A DNA stretch of 15,588 nucleotides from an uncultured archaeon. GTDB taxonomy: Archaea > Asgardarchaeota > Lokiarchaeia > Sigyniarchaeales > SOKP01. The notes beneath the pieces were generated by a model. The model saw nothing but the letters and a program-made list of their open reading frames with translations. It was not told the origin of the DNA and searched no databases. This document shows positions 7,390-15,588 of this stretch, one piece after another. The stretch covers positions 1 to 15,588 of the forward strand of contig CAZOYD010000075.1 of assembly GCA_964583985.1 (NCBI GenBank), read 5' to 3'. Position 1 is the stretch's first letter. Each line of letters starts with the position of its first letter. The translations under genes were made by a program, and so were the position numbers.

Positions 7390-8199
7390 ATGATACTACA
7401 AAATTTTTTTGATGTTATCATATCTTGGTTTTTTGCTAATATCTTAAAAATCATATTATCGGCTGCTGCAATTGTTATTGGGTGGATAATCTATATTCTT
7501 ATTAAAAAACAATTAAATAAAATGACAGAAAAGAATAAATTAGATGTTTCTACTGCCAAAACAATTAAAAGAATTCTTAAAATAATAATTGGATTGATAA
7601 TAATAAGTGCAATATTATATCAATTTATCGAATCGCTTGGTGTAATTACGTCCCTATTTACACTTATGGGAAGCACTATAATTGGATTTGCGTCTATAAA
7701 TACGCTTGGTAATATCATCGCGGGATTTATCATCATGGCAAGTCGCCCTTTTAACGTGGATGATTACATTTTGTTTAATAATCGGATTTCTAAAGTTGAA
7801 GAGATTAAACTCATTTTTACCCAATTAGTTGATCTTGATGGTGTAAAGATATCTGTACCAAATCAGAAATTCCTATCTGAAGAAACAGAAGATCTAGGAA
7901 AAAAAGGTGTGATAAGAAGGAATATCATAATAACAGCAGATTATGGAGAAGATCGGCTTAAAGTTGAAACTGCTCTATTAGAAGCTGCTAAAGTTGTCCC
8001 TTCCATATTGGAAGACCCTAAACCTTTTGTATGGATAAGCGGATTTTTAAATTTTGCTGTAGAATATAAGCTTTTTGTATTTATAAGAAACATTGCGAAA
8101 GTGAGGGTGATAGAGGCCGATTTACGAGCTAGCATATTAGATACTGCGAGAAAATATAAGATTGAAATTAGCACACCAACAATGGTAAAAAATGTTTGA
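7390..8199 (+). CDS. mscS: Small-conductance mechanosensitive channel family protein
   Basis: Three N-terminal TM segments, then IIGFASINTLGNIIAGFIIMASRPFNVDDYI, ISVPN and a C-terminal domain with DPKPFVWI. Confidence 0.9.
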   Translation: MILQNFFDVIISWFFANILKIILSAAAIVIGWIIYILIKKQLNKMTEKNKLDVSTAKTIKRILKIIIGLIIISAILYQFIESLGVITSLFTLMGSTIIGFASINTLGNIIAGFIIMASRPFNVDDYILFNNRISKVEEIKLIFTQLVDLDGVKISVPNQKFLSEETEDLGKKGVIRRNIIITADYGEDRLKVETALLEAAKVVPSILEDPKPFVWISGFLNFAVEYKLFVFIRNIAKVRVIEADLRASILDTARKYKIEISTPTMVKNV

Positions 8200-8244
8200 A
8201 TAAAGTAATAGCTATTTCAATTCTTTCCTGTAGGGTGGTAGAAA

Positions 8245-9303
8245 ATCACAAGAGTAATTAAAAAAAAGAAATTTAAAGTTGGAGAACCTCCTGGAACACC
8301 AATATATACTGGTGATGTCAAGGAAGGAGAATTTAAGGTAGAAATAATTGATTATAGTGAAGAAAGTTATGAAATAAGGGAAGGAATAGAAAATACTGGA
8401 GATTTGGATGATATACCTAAAGGAATGATAAGATGGATAAAGTTTACCGGATTGACAGATTCATCAGTTTTAGAAAAAGTTAGTGAAGATTTGCATCCTC
8501 TCGTGATGGAAGACATATTAAATCCCTTTCAGCGTCCTAAATTCGAAGATTATGGTGAATATATTTATATCATATTAAAAAAAATGGATTTTGACCAATC
8601 TTCAGATGGAATTAATTTCGAGCAAATTAGCCTTATTTTGGGAGATCATTTTGTTATGTCATTTGAAGAACAAAAATCTGAACTTTTTGACACAATTATA
8701 GAGAGGATTAAGGTACCAAAGGGACGTATCAGGTTTATGGGACCTGATTATTTAATGTATGCTTTAATAGATGTCGTAGTAGATTATTATTTTATTGTAT
8801 TAGAAACATTTGGTGTGTCTATTGAAGAGATTGAAGAAGTTTTAATATATGACCCAGAACCAGAAGTTCTTCAAAGAATTTATGATTTAAAACGGAAAAC
8901 GATTAATATTAGGAAATCAATTTGGCCCATGAGAGAAGTTATTAACAAGCTGCAGAGAGAGCATTCAAAATTAATATCTGATGGTTTACAATATTATTTA
9001 AGAGATATCTATGACCATGTATTTAGAATCACTGATCTATTGGAAAATTATCGCGATATCATCTTTGGCATGTTGGACATGTATTTATCAAGCGTTAGCA
9101 ATAGAATGAATGATATTATGAAAGTTTTGACAATTATTTCGACTGTTTTCATCCCATTATCATTTTTAACTGGATTTTATGGGATGAACTTTCATTACAT
9201 GCCTGAGTTAGCCATTCCAATTGCATATCCCATTTTAATACTTGTAATGATAACGATATTTAGTGTGATGATATTTTTTTTTAGAAGGAAAAAATGGATT
9301 TAA
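8245..9303 (+). CDS. corA: Magnesium/cobalt transporter CorA (start extended upstream of the ORF-track TTG 8404)
   Basis: Motifs HPLVMEDILNPFQRPK, YLRDIYDH, MNDIMKVLT and FYGMNFHYMPEL, with two C-terminal TMs and KKWI. The typical N-terminus KVGEPPGTPIYTG is in frame at 8275-8313. Exact start is uncertain; ATC 8245 is proposed. Confidence 0.92.
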   Translation: MTRVIKKKKFKVGEPPGTPIYTGDVKEGEFKVEIIDYSEESYEIREGIENTGDLDDIPKGMIRWIKFTGLTDSSVLEKVSEDLHPLVMEDILNPFQRPKFEDYGEYIYIILKKMDFDQSSDGINFEQISLILGDHFVMSFEEQKSELFDTIIERIKVPKGRIRFMGPDYLMYALIDVVVDYYFIVLETFGVSIEEIEEVLIYDPEPEVLQRIYDLKRKTINIRKSIWPMREVINKLQREHSKLISDGLQYYLRDIYDHVFRITDLLENYRDIIFGMLDMYLSSVSNRMNDIMKVLTIISTVFIPLSFLTGFYGMNFHYMPELAIPIAYPILILVMITIFSVMIFFFRRKKWI

Positions 9304-9380
9304 AGGAATCATTTTTGATTTAAGAAACGCATTTAAAATATTGGAATTTATCGAAATTATAGAAAAAAAGAGCATGGGTC

Positions 9381-10025
9381 ATGGCAAGCAATATTTCACT
9401 GACATATATAAATGTTTTCGTTTCCTCGGCCGTTTTATTATTCATAATTTGGGATCATTTAAAGGACGATCGTCAATTGACAAGACAAATTCAAAATTTT
9501 TATAATGATCTTGAGATGCTGATTTATAGTTATATCCAAATTAAGTATTATAACACGATTGAAAAAAAACATATCGACGATAGTGATCTTAAAACTCTCA
9601 ATAGGACAAAAAATAGAGATATCATTCAAAATTCTTATTTAAAAAAAAAAATTAAACAAAATTTTCATGAATATAGTAATTATCTTGGTCTGACTTTTGA
9701 TGAGGAGACAAATTCCTATTTAAACAATACGATTTATGTTTTAGGTATTGACGGTCTTTTGAAAAAAAGAAATTTTGAAAATAATACTGTTGACGAAATA
9801 ATTAATTCCTATATAGATATAACTAGTGAAGAATTAGAAGATATCCTGAAATTTTTACGTAGCACGAGATTTTTTTGGAATAAGAATTTTAAAAAATTTA
9901 TATTTCGTACTCATCTCAAACCTCAGTTAAATTTTAGTGAAGTATTAGGTAGCTCAATTCCTTTGGAGCAAACGCGAAAACGATCAAAATTTCTATTACT
10001 AAAGAAACCCACTTTGGTATCTTAA
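9381..10025 (+). CDS. Hypothetical protein with a single N-terminal TM helix
   Basis: 214-codon ORF in AT-rich DNA. Hydrophobic INVFVSSAVLLFIIW followed by a soluble N/K/I/Y-rich domain; no family recognised. Confidence 0.7.
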   Translation: MASNISLTYINVFVSSAVLLFIIWDHLKDDRQLTRQIQNFYNDLEMLIYSYIQIKYYNTIEKKHIDDSDLKTLNRTKNRDIIQNSYLKKKIKQNFHEYSNYLGLTFDEETNSYLNNTIYVLGIDGLLKKRNFENNTVDEIINSYIDITSEELEDILKFLRSTRFFWNKNFKKFIFRTHLKPQLNFSEVLGSSIPLEQTRKRSKFLLLKKPTLVS

Positions 10026-10156
10026 AGTTAGTCTTCAGGATTATATATCAAAAGAATTATCAACTCGCGGTTTGATATGCTAGGAATTGAATCTAAGGCA
10101 ATAAAAAAGGGAATAGGGTCGATCTTTCGTTTAAATATTAAGATATGATGATTTTA

Positions 10157-10813
10157 TTAGCTACTTATTTGTGGCCGAATTTTTTCTCTGCGAGACAATA
10201 TCTCTGAGAGTGCTTTTTTCATATCTGAAATTTTAAGATCAACTCTATTTACATCAATTGTTCTTTCATTTACTTTTTCCTTTATCATATCCAGTTTTTC
10301 TTCTTGTTTTTTAATATCTTCTATGATTCTTTTTACGTTTTCTGCAGATGCATCTTTTTGTGTTAAATTGACATATTTATACTGTATTTTAGAAAGCTTT
10401 CCTCTTTCTTTAGCAAGAATCAGCTTTTCTTCTGCCAATTTAATTTTAGCGGCAGCAATTTCTCTTTCAAGTTTAGCTATTTTCAAATGATTTTCTGCAA
10501 TTTCAATATGAATCTCTGCTACCTTTTCGACATAATTAGCGCGGTCTAATTCTATTTTTAAACCACTTTCAGATAGTTTTAATATTTCTTTTACTTCTTG
10601 TTTATCTTTTATGTATTGCCGTGTTTTCTCTGACAAGATTTCTTTAGCTTTTGTTAAATCAAGTTCTTTTTTCGCTAAATTTTCCATCGCTTTTGCCTTT
10701 TCTAGCTCGTTTTTTGCGACTTTTTTTAATTCTAACCCGATTATTTTCTCATGGGATCCAATATTGAAATTAGACTGTGCCGCGTTCTCAATATTAAGAG
10801 TATCTTCCATCAA
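10157..10813 (-). CDS. Hypothetical long coiled-coil protein
   Basis: Nearly continuous heptads (IAENHLK IAKLERE IAAAKIK LAEEKLI LAKERGK LSKIQYK). SD AGGTGA immediately upstream; ATG 10810 is the likelier start. Confidence 0.8.
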   Translation of the reverse strand: MMEDTLNIENAAQSNFNIGSHEKIIGLELKKVAKNELEKAKAMENLAKKELDLTKAKEILSEKTRQYIKDKQEVKEILKLSESGLKIELDRANYVEKVAEIHIEIAENHLKIAKLEREIAAAKIKLAEEKLILAKERGKLSKIQYKYVNLTQKDASAENVKRIIEDIKKQEEKLDMIKEKVNERTIDVNRVDLKISDMKKALSEILSRREKIRPQISS

Positions 10814-10878
10814 ATCACCTTTTATTTTGAAATAAAATAATAATTTTAAATTATATTGAAATACAAATAAAGATATTA

Positions 10879-10896
10879 GGGAAAATTATTTTTAAA
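10879..10896 (+). promoter_or_regulatory. Candidate archaeal BRE/TATA promoter for the micro-ORF
   Basis: Purine-rich GGGAAAA (10879-10885), then TTTTTAAA (10889-10896), about 35 nt before ATG 10931. The AT-rich background makes this weak. Confidence 0.3.
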
Positions 10897-10930
10897 TTTT
10901 TATCGAATTATTCTAAATCAATCTATTATC

Positions 10931-11095
10931 ATGAATGTTTACAAGAAGATGAAAAAAAAGAAAAAAATCCAATCTGATGTATATGGAGATGAAGTTGAAA
11001 TTGAAGAAGAAAAAGATGATTTAGATGAAATAATTGGAGAAAATAGTGAATCTGAAGAATTAAATGAAGAAGATAGAGAAGAATTATATCGCTAG
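10931..11095 (+). CDS. Unannotated 54-aa micro-protein with basic N-terminus, acidic tail and C-terminal LYR
   Basis: Manual translation: MNVYKKMKKKKKIQSDVYGDEVEIEEEKDDLDEIIGENSESEELNEEDREELYR*. Strong GAA/GAT codon periodicity, tandem stops TAG TAA and a T8 tract at 11107-11114. Alternative start at ATG 10949. Confidence 0.7.
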   Translation: MNVYKKMKKKKKIQSDVYGDEVEIEEEKDDLDEIIGENSESEELNEEDREELYR

Positions 11096-11372
11096 TAATG
11101 CAAATATTTTTTTTAGAAATCTTTCATATCTTTCAGTAGTAAGATCTCATACTTAGTTAAATGCATTGAAGATGTAATTATTAAAACGGATAATATCCAA
11201 TTATTAGCTAGAAGATTAACTTTTACAAACCTTGCTATAATTATTAAAGAGTATCATAGCTATATCAGTATTATTTTGCTGTAAAATTTAACATTTTATT
11301 AGAGATTACTACTATAAATTTTTTTTAGGATGATAGATGTATAAAGATATTAATTATGGAGTTAATAAAATT

Positions 11373-12524
11373 ATGGATTTTGCATTAACAGAAAAGCAGA
11401 AAATGATAAGAAAGATTACCCGTGAGTTTGCGGAGGAATACATAGCACCTGTTGCTGAAGAGAGTGATCGCATCTCAGAATTAAATCCTAAGATAATGGA
11501 AAAAATGAAGGAGATGAATTATTTTGGCACTTGCATACCTGAAGAATACGGTGGTGCGGGATTACATGAAGATACAATTGCATTTGCAATATGCACTGAG
11601 GAGATTGGTCGTGTTGATGCTTCATGGTCAATAACTACAGGGGTGCACTGTAGTGTATGTACATATCCGATTTATCGATTTGGTGATGATGAGCAAAAAG
11701 AAAAATTTCTAAAACCACTAGCTAAGGGCGATAAAATCGGTGCATTTTGTTTAACAGAAGCAAATGCAGGTTCAGATGCTGGAGGCGTGCAATTGACCGC
11801 AGAAAAGGATGGAGATGAGTATGTTCTTAACGGAAGTAAAATATTTGCCACTAATGGTGGGATAGCAAATACATTATTAGTTGTGGCTAAATCAGGAGAA
11901 ACAAACTCACGAAAACAATTGACTGTATTTATCGTTAATACAGATACTCCAGGATATAGTGTAGGTGTAAAAGAAGATAAATTAGGTGTTCGAGCGTCAA
12001 ATACATCAGAATTAGTATTCCAAGATGTTAGAGTGCCTGAAGAAAACATTTTAGGAGGTTTAGGTAATGGTTTTAGACTTGGTTTACAAATTTTAGATTA
12101 TGGACGGATTACTATTGCTGCTCAATGCTTAGGTCTTGCACAAGGTTGTTTAGAAGCATCTGTTAAATATTCAAATGAAAGAGAACAATTTGGAACTAAA
12201 ATTGGTAAATTTCAAGGAATTCAATGGAAAATCGCGGATATGGCTACAGATGTAGAATCTGCTCGCTTATTGACGTATAAAGCAGCATGGATGTGTGATC
12301 AAAAGATGGATTACGGATTAGCGGGATCAATGGCTAAGCTAGTTGCTTCAGAAGCTGCGATGAAAGCTGCTCATCAAGCAGTTCAGATACATGGTGGTTA
12401 TGGTCTAATGAAAGCTTATGCTGTTGAAAGGTACTTTAGGGATGCTAAGATGGGAGAAATATATGAAGGTACTTCTGAAATTCAAAGAATGGTGATTGCA
12501 AACCATATGTTAAAAGGAAGATAA
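11373..12524 (+). CDS. Acyl-CoA dehydrogenase (short-chain/butyryl-CoA dehydrogenase-like)
   Basis: Motifs IPEEYGGAG, AFCLTEANAGSDA, LNGSKIFATNG, REQFG, QIHGGYG and IYEGTSEIQ (catalytic Glu). Start MDFALT at 11373 is preferred over 11337 because it is the family-typical N-terminus and has GGAG upstream. Confidence 0.95.
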   Translation: MDFALTEKQKMIRKITREFAEEYIAPVAEESDRISELNPKIMEKMKEMNYFGTCIPEEYGGAGLHEDTIAFAICTEEIGRVDASWSITTGVHCSVCTYPIYRFGDDEQKEKFLKPLAKGDKIGAFCLTEANAGSDAGGVQLTAEKDGDEYVLNGSKIFATNGGIANTLLVVAKSGETNSRKQLTVFIVNTDTPGYSVGVKEDKLGVRASNTSELVFQDVRVPEENILGGLGNGFRLGLQILDYGRITIAAQCLGLAQGCLEASVKYSNEREQFGTKIGKFQGIQWKIADMATDVESARLLTYKAAWMCDQKMDYGLAGSMAKLVASEAAMKAAHQAVQIHGGYGLMKAYAVERYFRDAKMGEIYEGTSEIQRMVIANHMLKGR

Positions 12525-12695
12525 TTTTTATTATATCTATTTTTTTGTAATTATCTAAATTCAATTCATTTTGACATTAATTTCCATTTATTTTATCAGT
12601 TTGTAAAAAGAAAGAGCATAATTTGATAATATTTTATAGTAACCTTTGATATTTTGATCTAATTATCAAATTATTATAGGATAAATGGATAAATT

Positions 12696-13505
12696 ATGAA
12701 AATTTTCGTTTGCATAAAACAAGTACCGGGGGTATCTGAGGTCAAAATAGATCCAAAGACGAATACTTTGGTAAGGGAAGGCATCCCATCAATAATCAAT
12801 CCTCATGACAAGCATGCAGTTGAATTGGGTATTTCTATTAAGGAGAAACATGGCGGTGAGGTCATTGCTTTGAGCATGGGACCGCCTCAAGCAGAAGTAG
12901 CACTTAGGGAAGTACTTTCTATGGGTGTGGATAAAGCATATTTATTAACTGATAGGGCTTTTGCAGGAGCTGATACTCTCGCGACCTCACACACGCTATC
13001 ATTAGCTATTAAGAAATTACTCAAAGAAGCAAGCGTGGATGATAAATATATTGTTATTTGTGGAACGCAGGCGGTTGATGGGGATACTGCTCAAGTAGGT
13101 CCTGAATTGGCAGAAGAATTAAAAATTCCTCAAATTACCTACGTTTTGAAATTCCAACTGGAAAATAATGATAAAGTAAAAGTTGAACGGGCTTTTCGAG
13201 TCGAGGAAGTCGTAGAGATTGAGACTAAACTTCCCGTGTTAATATCTGTCGTAAAAGAGATTAATCATCCACGAATACCAGGGATTCAAGGAATCGTAGA
13301 TGCCTACCTGAAAAAGGAGGTCATAAACCTGAATGCTGATGATATTAGCGCAGATAAATCTGAAGTTGGCTTGAACGGTTCCATGACGGAAGTGTGGAAA
13401 ATTTTTATTCCCAAAAAGAAGGTAGATCACGTGGTTTTAACAGGAACAGTTGAGGAGATGGTACAAGAGTTATGCATTAATTTACATGAGGATAAGGTGA
13501 TTTAA
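12696..13505 (+). CDS. etfB: Electron transfer flavoprotein beta subunit
   Basis: Motifs VCIKQVP, INPHD, SMGPPQA, DRAFAGADTLATS and GTQAVDGDTAQVGP. Confidence 0.96.
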   Translation: MKIFVCIKQVPGVSEVKIDPKTNTLVREGIPSIINPHDKHAVELGISIKEKHGGEVIALSMGPPQAEVALREVLSMGVDKAYLLTDRAFAGADTLATSHTLSLAIKKLLKEASVDDKYIVICGTQAVDGDTAQVGPELAEELKIPQITYVLKFQLENNDKVKVERAFRVEEVVEIETKLPVLISVVKEINHPRIPGIQGIVDAYLKKEVINLNADDISADKSEVGLNGSMTEVWKIFIPKKKVDHVVLTGTVEEMVQELCINLHEDKVI

Positions 13506-13516
13506 GAGGTGATTTC

Positions 13517-14713
13517 ATGAGTATAATTATTGATAGCGAACAGTGCACTGCTTGTGAATCATGCATTGCAGCTTGCCCTTATGGAGGAATAGAAATTATA
13601 GAGGGTTCTGCAGTAATTACTCCTGATTGTAATTTATGTGGTGCGTGTGTAGATGCATGTCCTGTTGGAGCCATCACCTTAGAACGTGCAGAGTATGTGG
13701 ATAAAGTTGATAAAAAGCAATTTAAAGGAGTCTGGGTAATAGCTGAACATTATGGAGGAGAAATCCATAAAGTTGCTTATCAATTGCTAGGAAAAGGAAG
13801 GCAATTAGCGGATATTTTAAAAACGAATTTAACGATAGTATTACTCGGTACCGATTTTGACGAAAATTTGTCCACCTTTGGTGATTTCGGAGCAGATCAA
13901 GTAATTTATGTAGAATCGAAAATATTGAAAAATTACTATTCAGATATCTACGTAAATATTTTATCAGAGTTAGTATCTGAAAGAAAACCTGAGATCATTT
14001 TAATTGGAGCCACACCTACGGGTCGAGATTTTGCCCCCCGTTTAGCCAAGCGTTTGAATGTTGGATTAACCGCCGATTGTACAGGACTTGAAGTCGAGGA
14101 AGAAACGAGAAATTTGAGACAGACCCGACCAACATTTGGTGGAAACTTAATGGCAACCATTCGTACTCCAATAAGCAGACCACAAATGGCTACCGTGAGA
14201 CCTGGAATTTTTAAAGCAAATAATGAAATTAAAAAGAAAATTAAGATAATAAAAATCAAGCGAGATTTAAACGAAAAAGATTCAGTCACCAAAGTGTTGA
14301 AGGTTATTAAAAAACAAAAAGCAAAGATAAATCTAGAAGATGCGGAGATTATCGTATCAGGAGGGAGGGGTGTTGGATCCAAAGAAGGTTTTACTATAAT
14401 CAAGGATTTAGCTGATGCTTTAGGAGCAGAGATAGGAGGATCTCGGGTCACCATTGAACTCAATTGGATTGATCCCGATAGACAAGTCGGTCAAACAGGG
14501 AAGACTGTTTCACCTAAATTGTATATAGCTTGTGGGATATCAGGAGCGATTCAACATTTGGTAGGCATGCAAAATTCTGAAATCATCGTCGCAATTAATC
14601 GGGATAAAGATGCACCAATCTTTAGTATTGCGCATTATTGCATCATTGGTGATTTGCATAAAATTGTTCCTATTTTGACTAAAGAAGTTAGAAAAATGAA
14701 ATCAGAAGAATGA
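13517..14713 (+). CDS. etfA: Electron transfer flavoprotein alpha subunit with N-terminal 2x[4Fe-4S] ferredoxin domain
   Basis: CTACESCIAACP and CNLCGACVDACP at the N-terminus; then GLTADCT, RPTFGG, QVGQTG and GISGAIQH. SD GAGGTGA at 13506-13512, 11 bp gap after etfB. Confidence 0.96.
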   Translation: MSIIIDSEQCTACESCIAACPYGGIEIIEGSAVITPDCNLCGACVDACPVGAITLERAEYVDKVDKKQFKGVWVIAEHYGGEIHKVAYQLLGKGRQLADILKTNLTIVLLGTDFDENLSTFGDFGADQVIYVESKILKNYYSDIYVNILSELVSERKPEIILIGATPTGRDFAPRLAKRLNVGLTADCTGLEVEEETRNLRQTRPTFGGNLMATIRTPISRPQMATVRPGIFKANNEIKKKIKIIKIKRDLNEKDSVTKVLKVIKKQKAKINLEDAEIIVSGGRGVGSKEGFTIIKDLADALGAEIGGSRVTIELNWIDPDRQVGQTGKTVSPKLYIACGISGAIQHLVGMQNSEIIVAINRDKDAPIFSIAHYCIIGDLHKIVPILTKEVRKMKSEE

Positions 14714-14782
14714 ACTCAGAAAAATAAAAAGTAATCAAAAAAAAAATAAAAGAAAAAAGACAAGAGACTTTCTCTCTTTAAA

Positions 14783-15574
14783 TTATACTTTATCTAATCG
14801 ACCGCCATTAATTCCAATTATTTCTCCATTCATGAACCAGGCATCATCACTGCATAAAAATAAGATTACACGGGAGACATATTTAGCTTCACCAATCCCT
14901 AAGGGGATTCTTTCCGAATAATACTTTCTCCATTTACCTTCTTGTTTGCTAAGTAATTCACCTAAAATTGGTGTTTCTATTAATGTGGGCATGATTGCGT
15001 GGGTTCGTATGTTATATCGAATTAATTCTAAACCGGCAGTTTTTACCATCCCAATCATTCCCGCTTTTGCAGCGGAGTAATTTAATTGACCAATATTTCC
15101 TTCAGCAGCTTGACTGCTAATGGTTATTACTCTTCTATCGGGATTATCAGCAATTTTTTCTTTAGGATTATCTTTACAGATATCAATCCAGCGTTTCGTG
15201 CATGCTTGAAGAGTTAGGAAAAATCCTTTAAGATGGGTGTTAATCACATCATCCCATCTCTCTTCTTCTAATTTATGAATCATTCCATCTTTAAGAATTC
15301 CCGCGGAATGTATTAAAAAATCTACCGCACCCACTTTTTCAAAGGCAGTCTTCACGGCATGTTCTACTTCAGAAGCTTTTCGCACATCACAATCGATGAA
15401 TAAAACATTGCCGCCCACGTCCTTAATTTCTTTTTCTACTCTTTTTCCATTTTCTTTATCGAAATCAGCAATTATTACTTTTGCTCCTTCTTTAGCAAAA
15501 TTCTTCGCAGTTTCTTCACCTAACCCAGAAGCACCTCCAGTTATAAAAGCCACTTTTCCATCAAACCTTACCAA
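14783..15574 (-). CDS. Short-chain dehydrogenase/reductase (FabG-like, probably NAD-dependent 3-hydroxyacyl-CoA/3-oxoacyl reductase)
   Basis: Motifs TGGASGLG, IIADFD, HSAGI, ISS and YSAAK. TTG start with GAGGT upstream. Confidence 0.92.
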   Translation of the reverse strand: MVRFDGKVAFITGGASGLGEETAKNFAKEGAKVIIADFDKENGKRVEKEIKDVGGNVLFIDCDVRKASEVEHAVKTAFEKVGAVDFLIHSAGILKDGMIHKLEEERWDDVINTHLKGFFLTLQACTKRWIDICKDNPKEKIADNPDRRVITISSQAAEGNIGQLNYSAAKAGMIGMVKTAGLELIRYNIRTHAIMPTLIETPILGELLSKQEGKWRKYYSERIPLGIGEAKYVSRVILFLCSDDAWFMNGEIIGINGGRLDKV

Positions 15575-15588
15575 ATTAAACGACCTCG

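Noticed and set aside
10026-10156. Slightly GC-richer spacer with small hairpin TATCAA-ctcgcggt-TTGATA, possible ncRNA or gene remnant
   Set aside because: Only a 6-bp stem, and no convincing reading frame or known RNA motif.
11000-11060. Resemblance of EEEKDDLDEIIGENSE to Pup (EETDDLLDEIDDVLEENAE)
   Set aside because: Low-complexity acidic match, no C-terminal GGE/GGQ, and no pafA or dop in the window.
5832-14463. Antisense ORFs 5832..6071, 7941..8174, 10611..10835, 11672..12049, 13239..13430 and 13948..14463
   Set aside because: They lie opposite confident genes and have the composition expected of antisense frames.
6655-14713. Selenocysteine or pyrrolysine read-through at TGA/TAG stops (6655, 8197, 14711, 8239, 11093)
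   Set aside because: The stops fall at expected protein ends or upstream of the coding region. There is no conserved downstream continuation, no Cys-equivalent context and no recognisable SECIS.
1-15588. CRISPR arrays, tRNA/rRNA genes, transposases or integrases
   Set aside because: No regularly spaced repeats, cloverleaf or rRNA-like GC-rich segments, or recombinase motifs were seen by eye.

Overview
AT-rich prokaryotic window, probably archaeal. GGTGA-type Shine-Dalgarno motifs, frequent TTG/GTG starts, oligo-T terminators, a roadblock-like protein and rich acyl-CoA metabolism suggest an Asgard/Lokiarchaeia-like organism (inference, not verified). The left end holds a 5'-truncated 4-hydroxybutyryl-CoA dehydratase (AbfD) family gene converging on a two-subunit B12-dependent acyl-CoA mutase; both radical enzymes have non-canonical active-site residues. 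The middle holds a deletion scar joining two gene fragments, a CPBP/CAAX protease, a divergent ArsB/NhaD-family permease coupled to a roadblock-like/coiled-coil protein, MscS, a CorA with no canonical start codon, a membrane-anchored hypothetical and a long coiled-coil protein. An unannotated 54-aa basic/acidic micro-protein there ends in L-Y-R, a proteasome-docking HbYX-type motif. The right end holds an acyl-CoA dehydrogenase, EtfB, a ferredoxin-fused EtfA (bifurcating, CarCDE-like) and a convergent SDR. No rRNA, tRNA, CRISPR array or intact mobile element was seen. All comparisons to reference proteins are from memory, not computed alignments.
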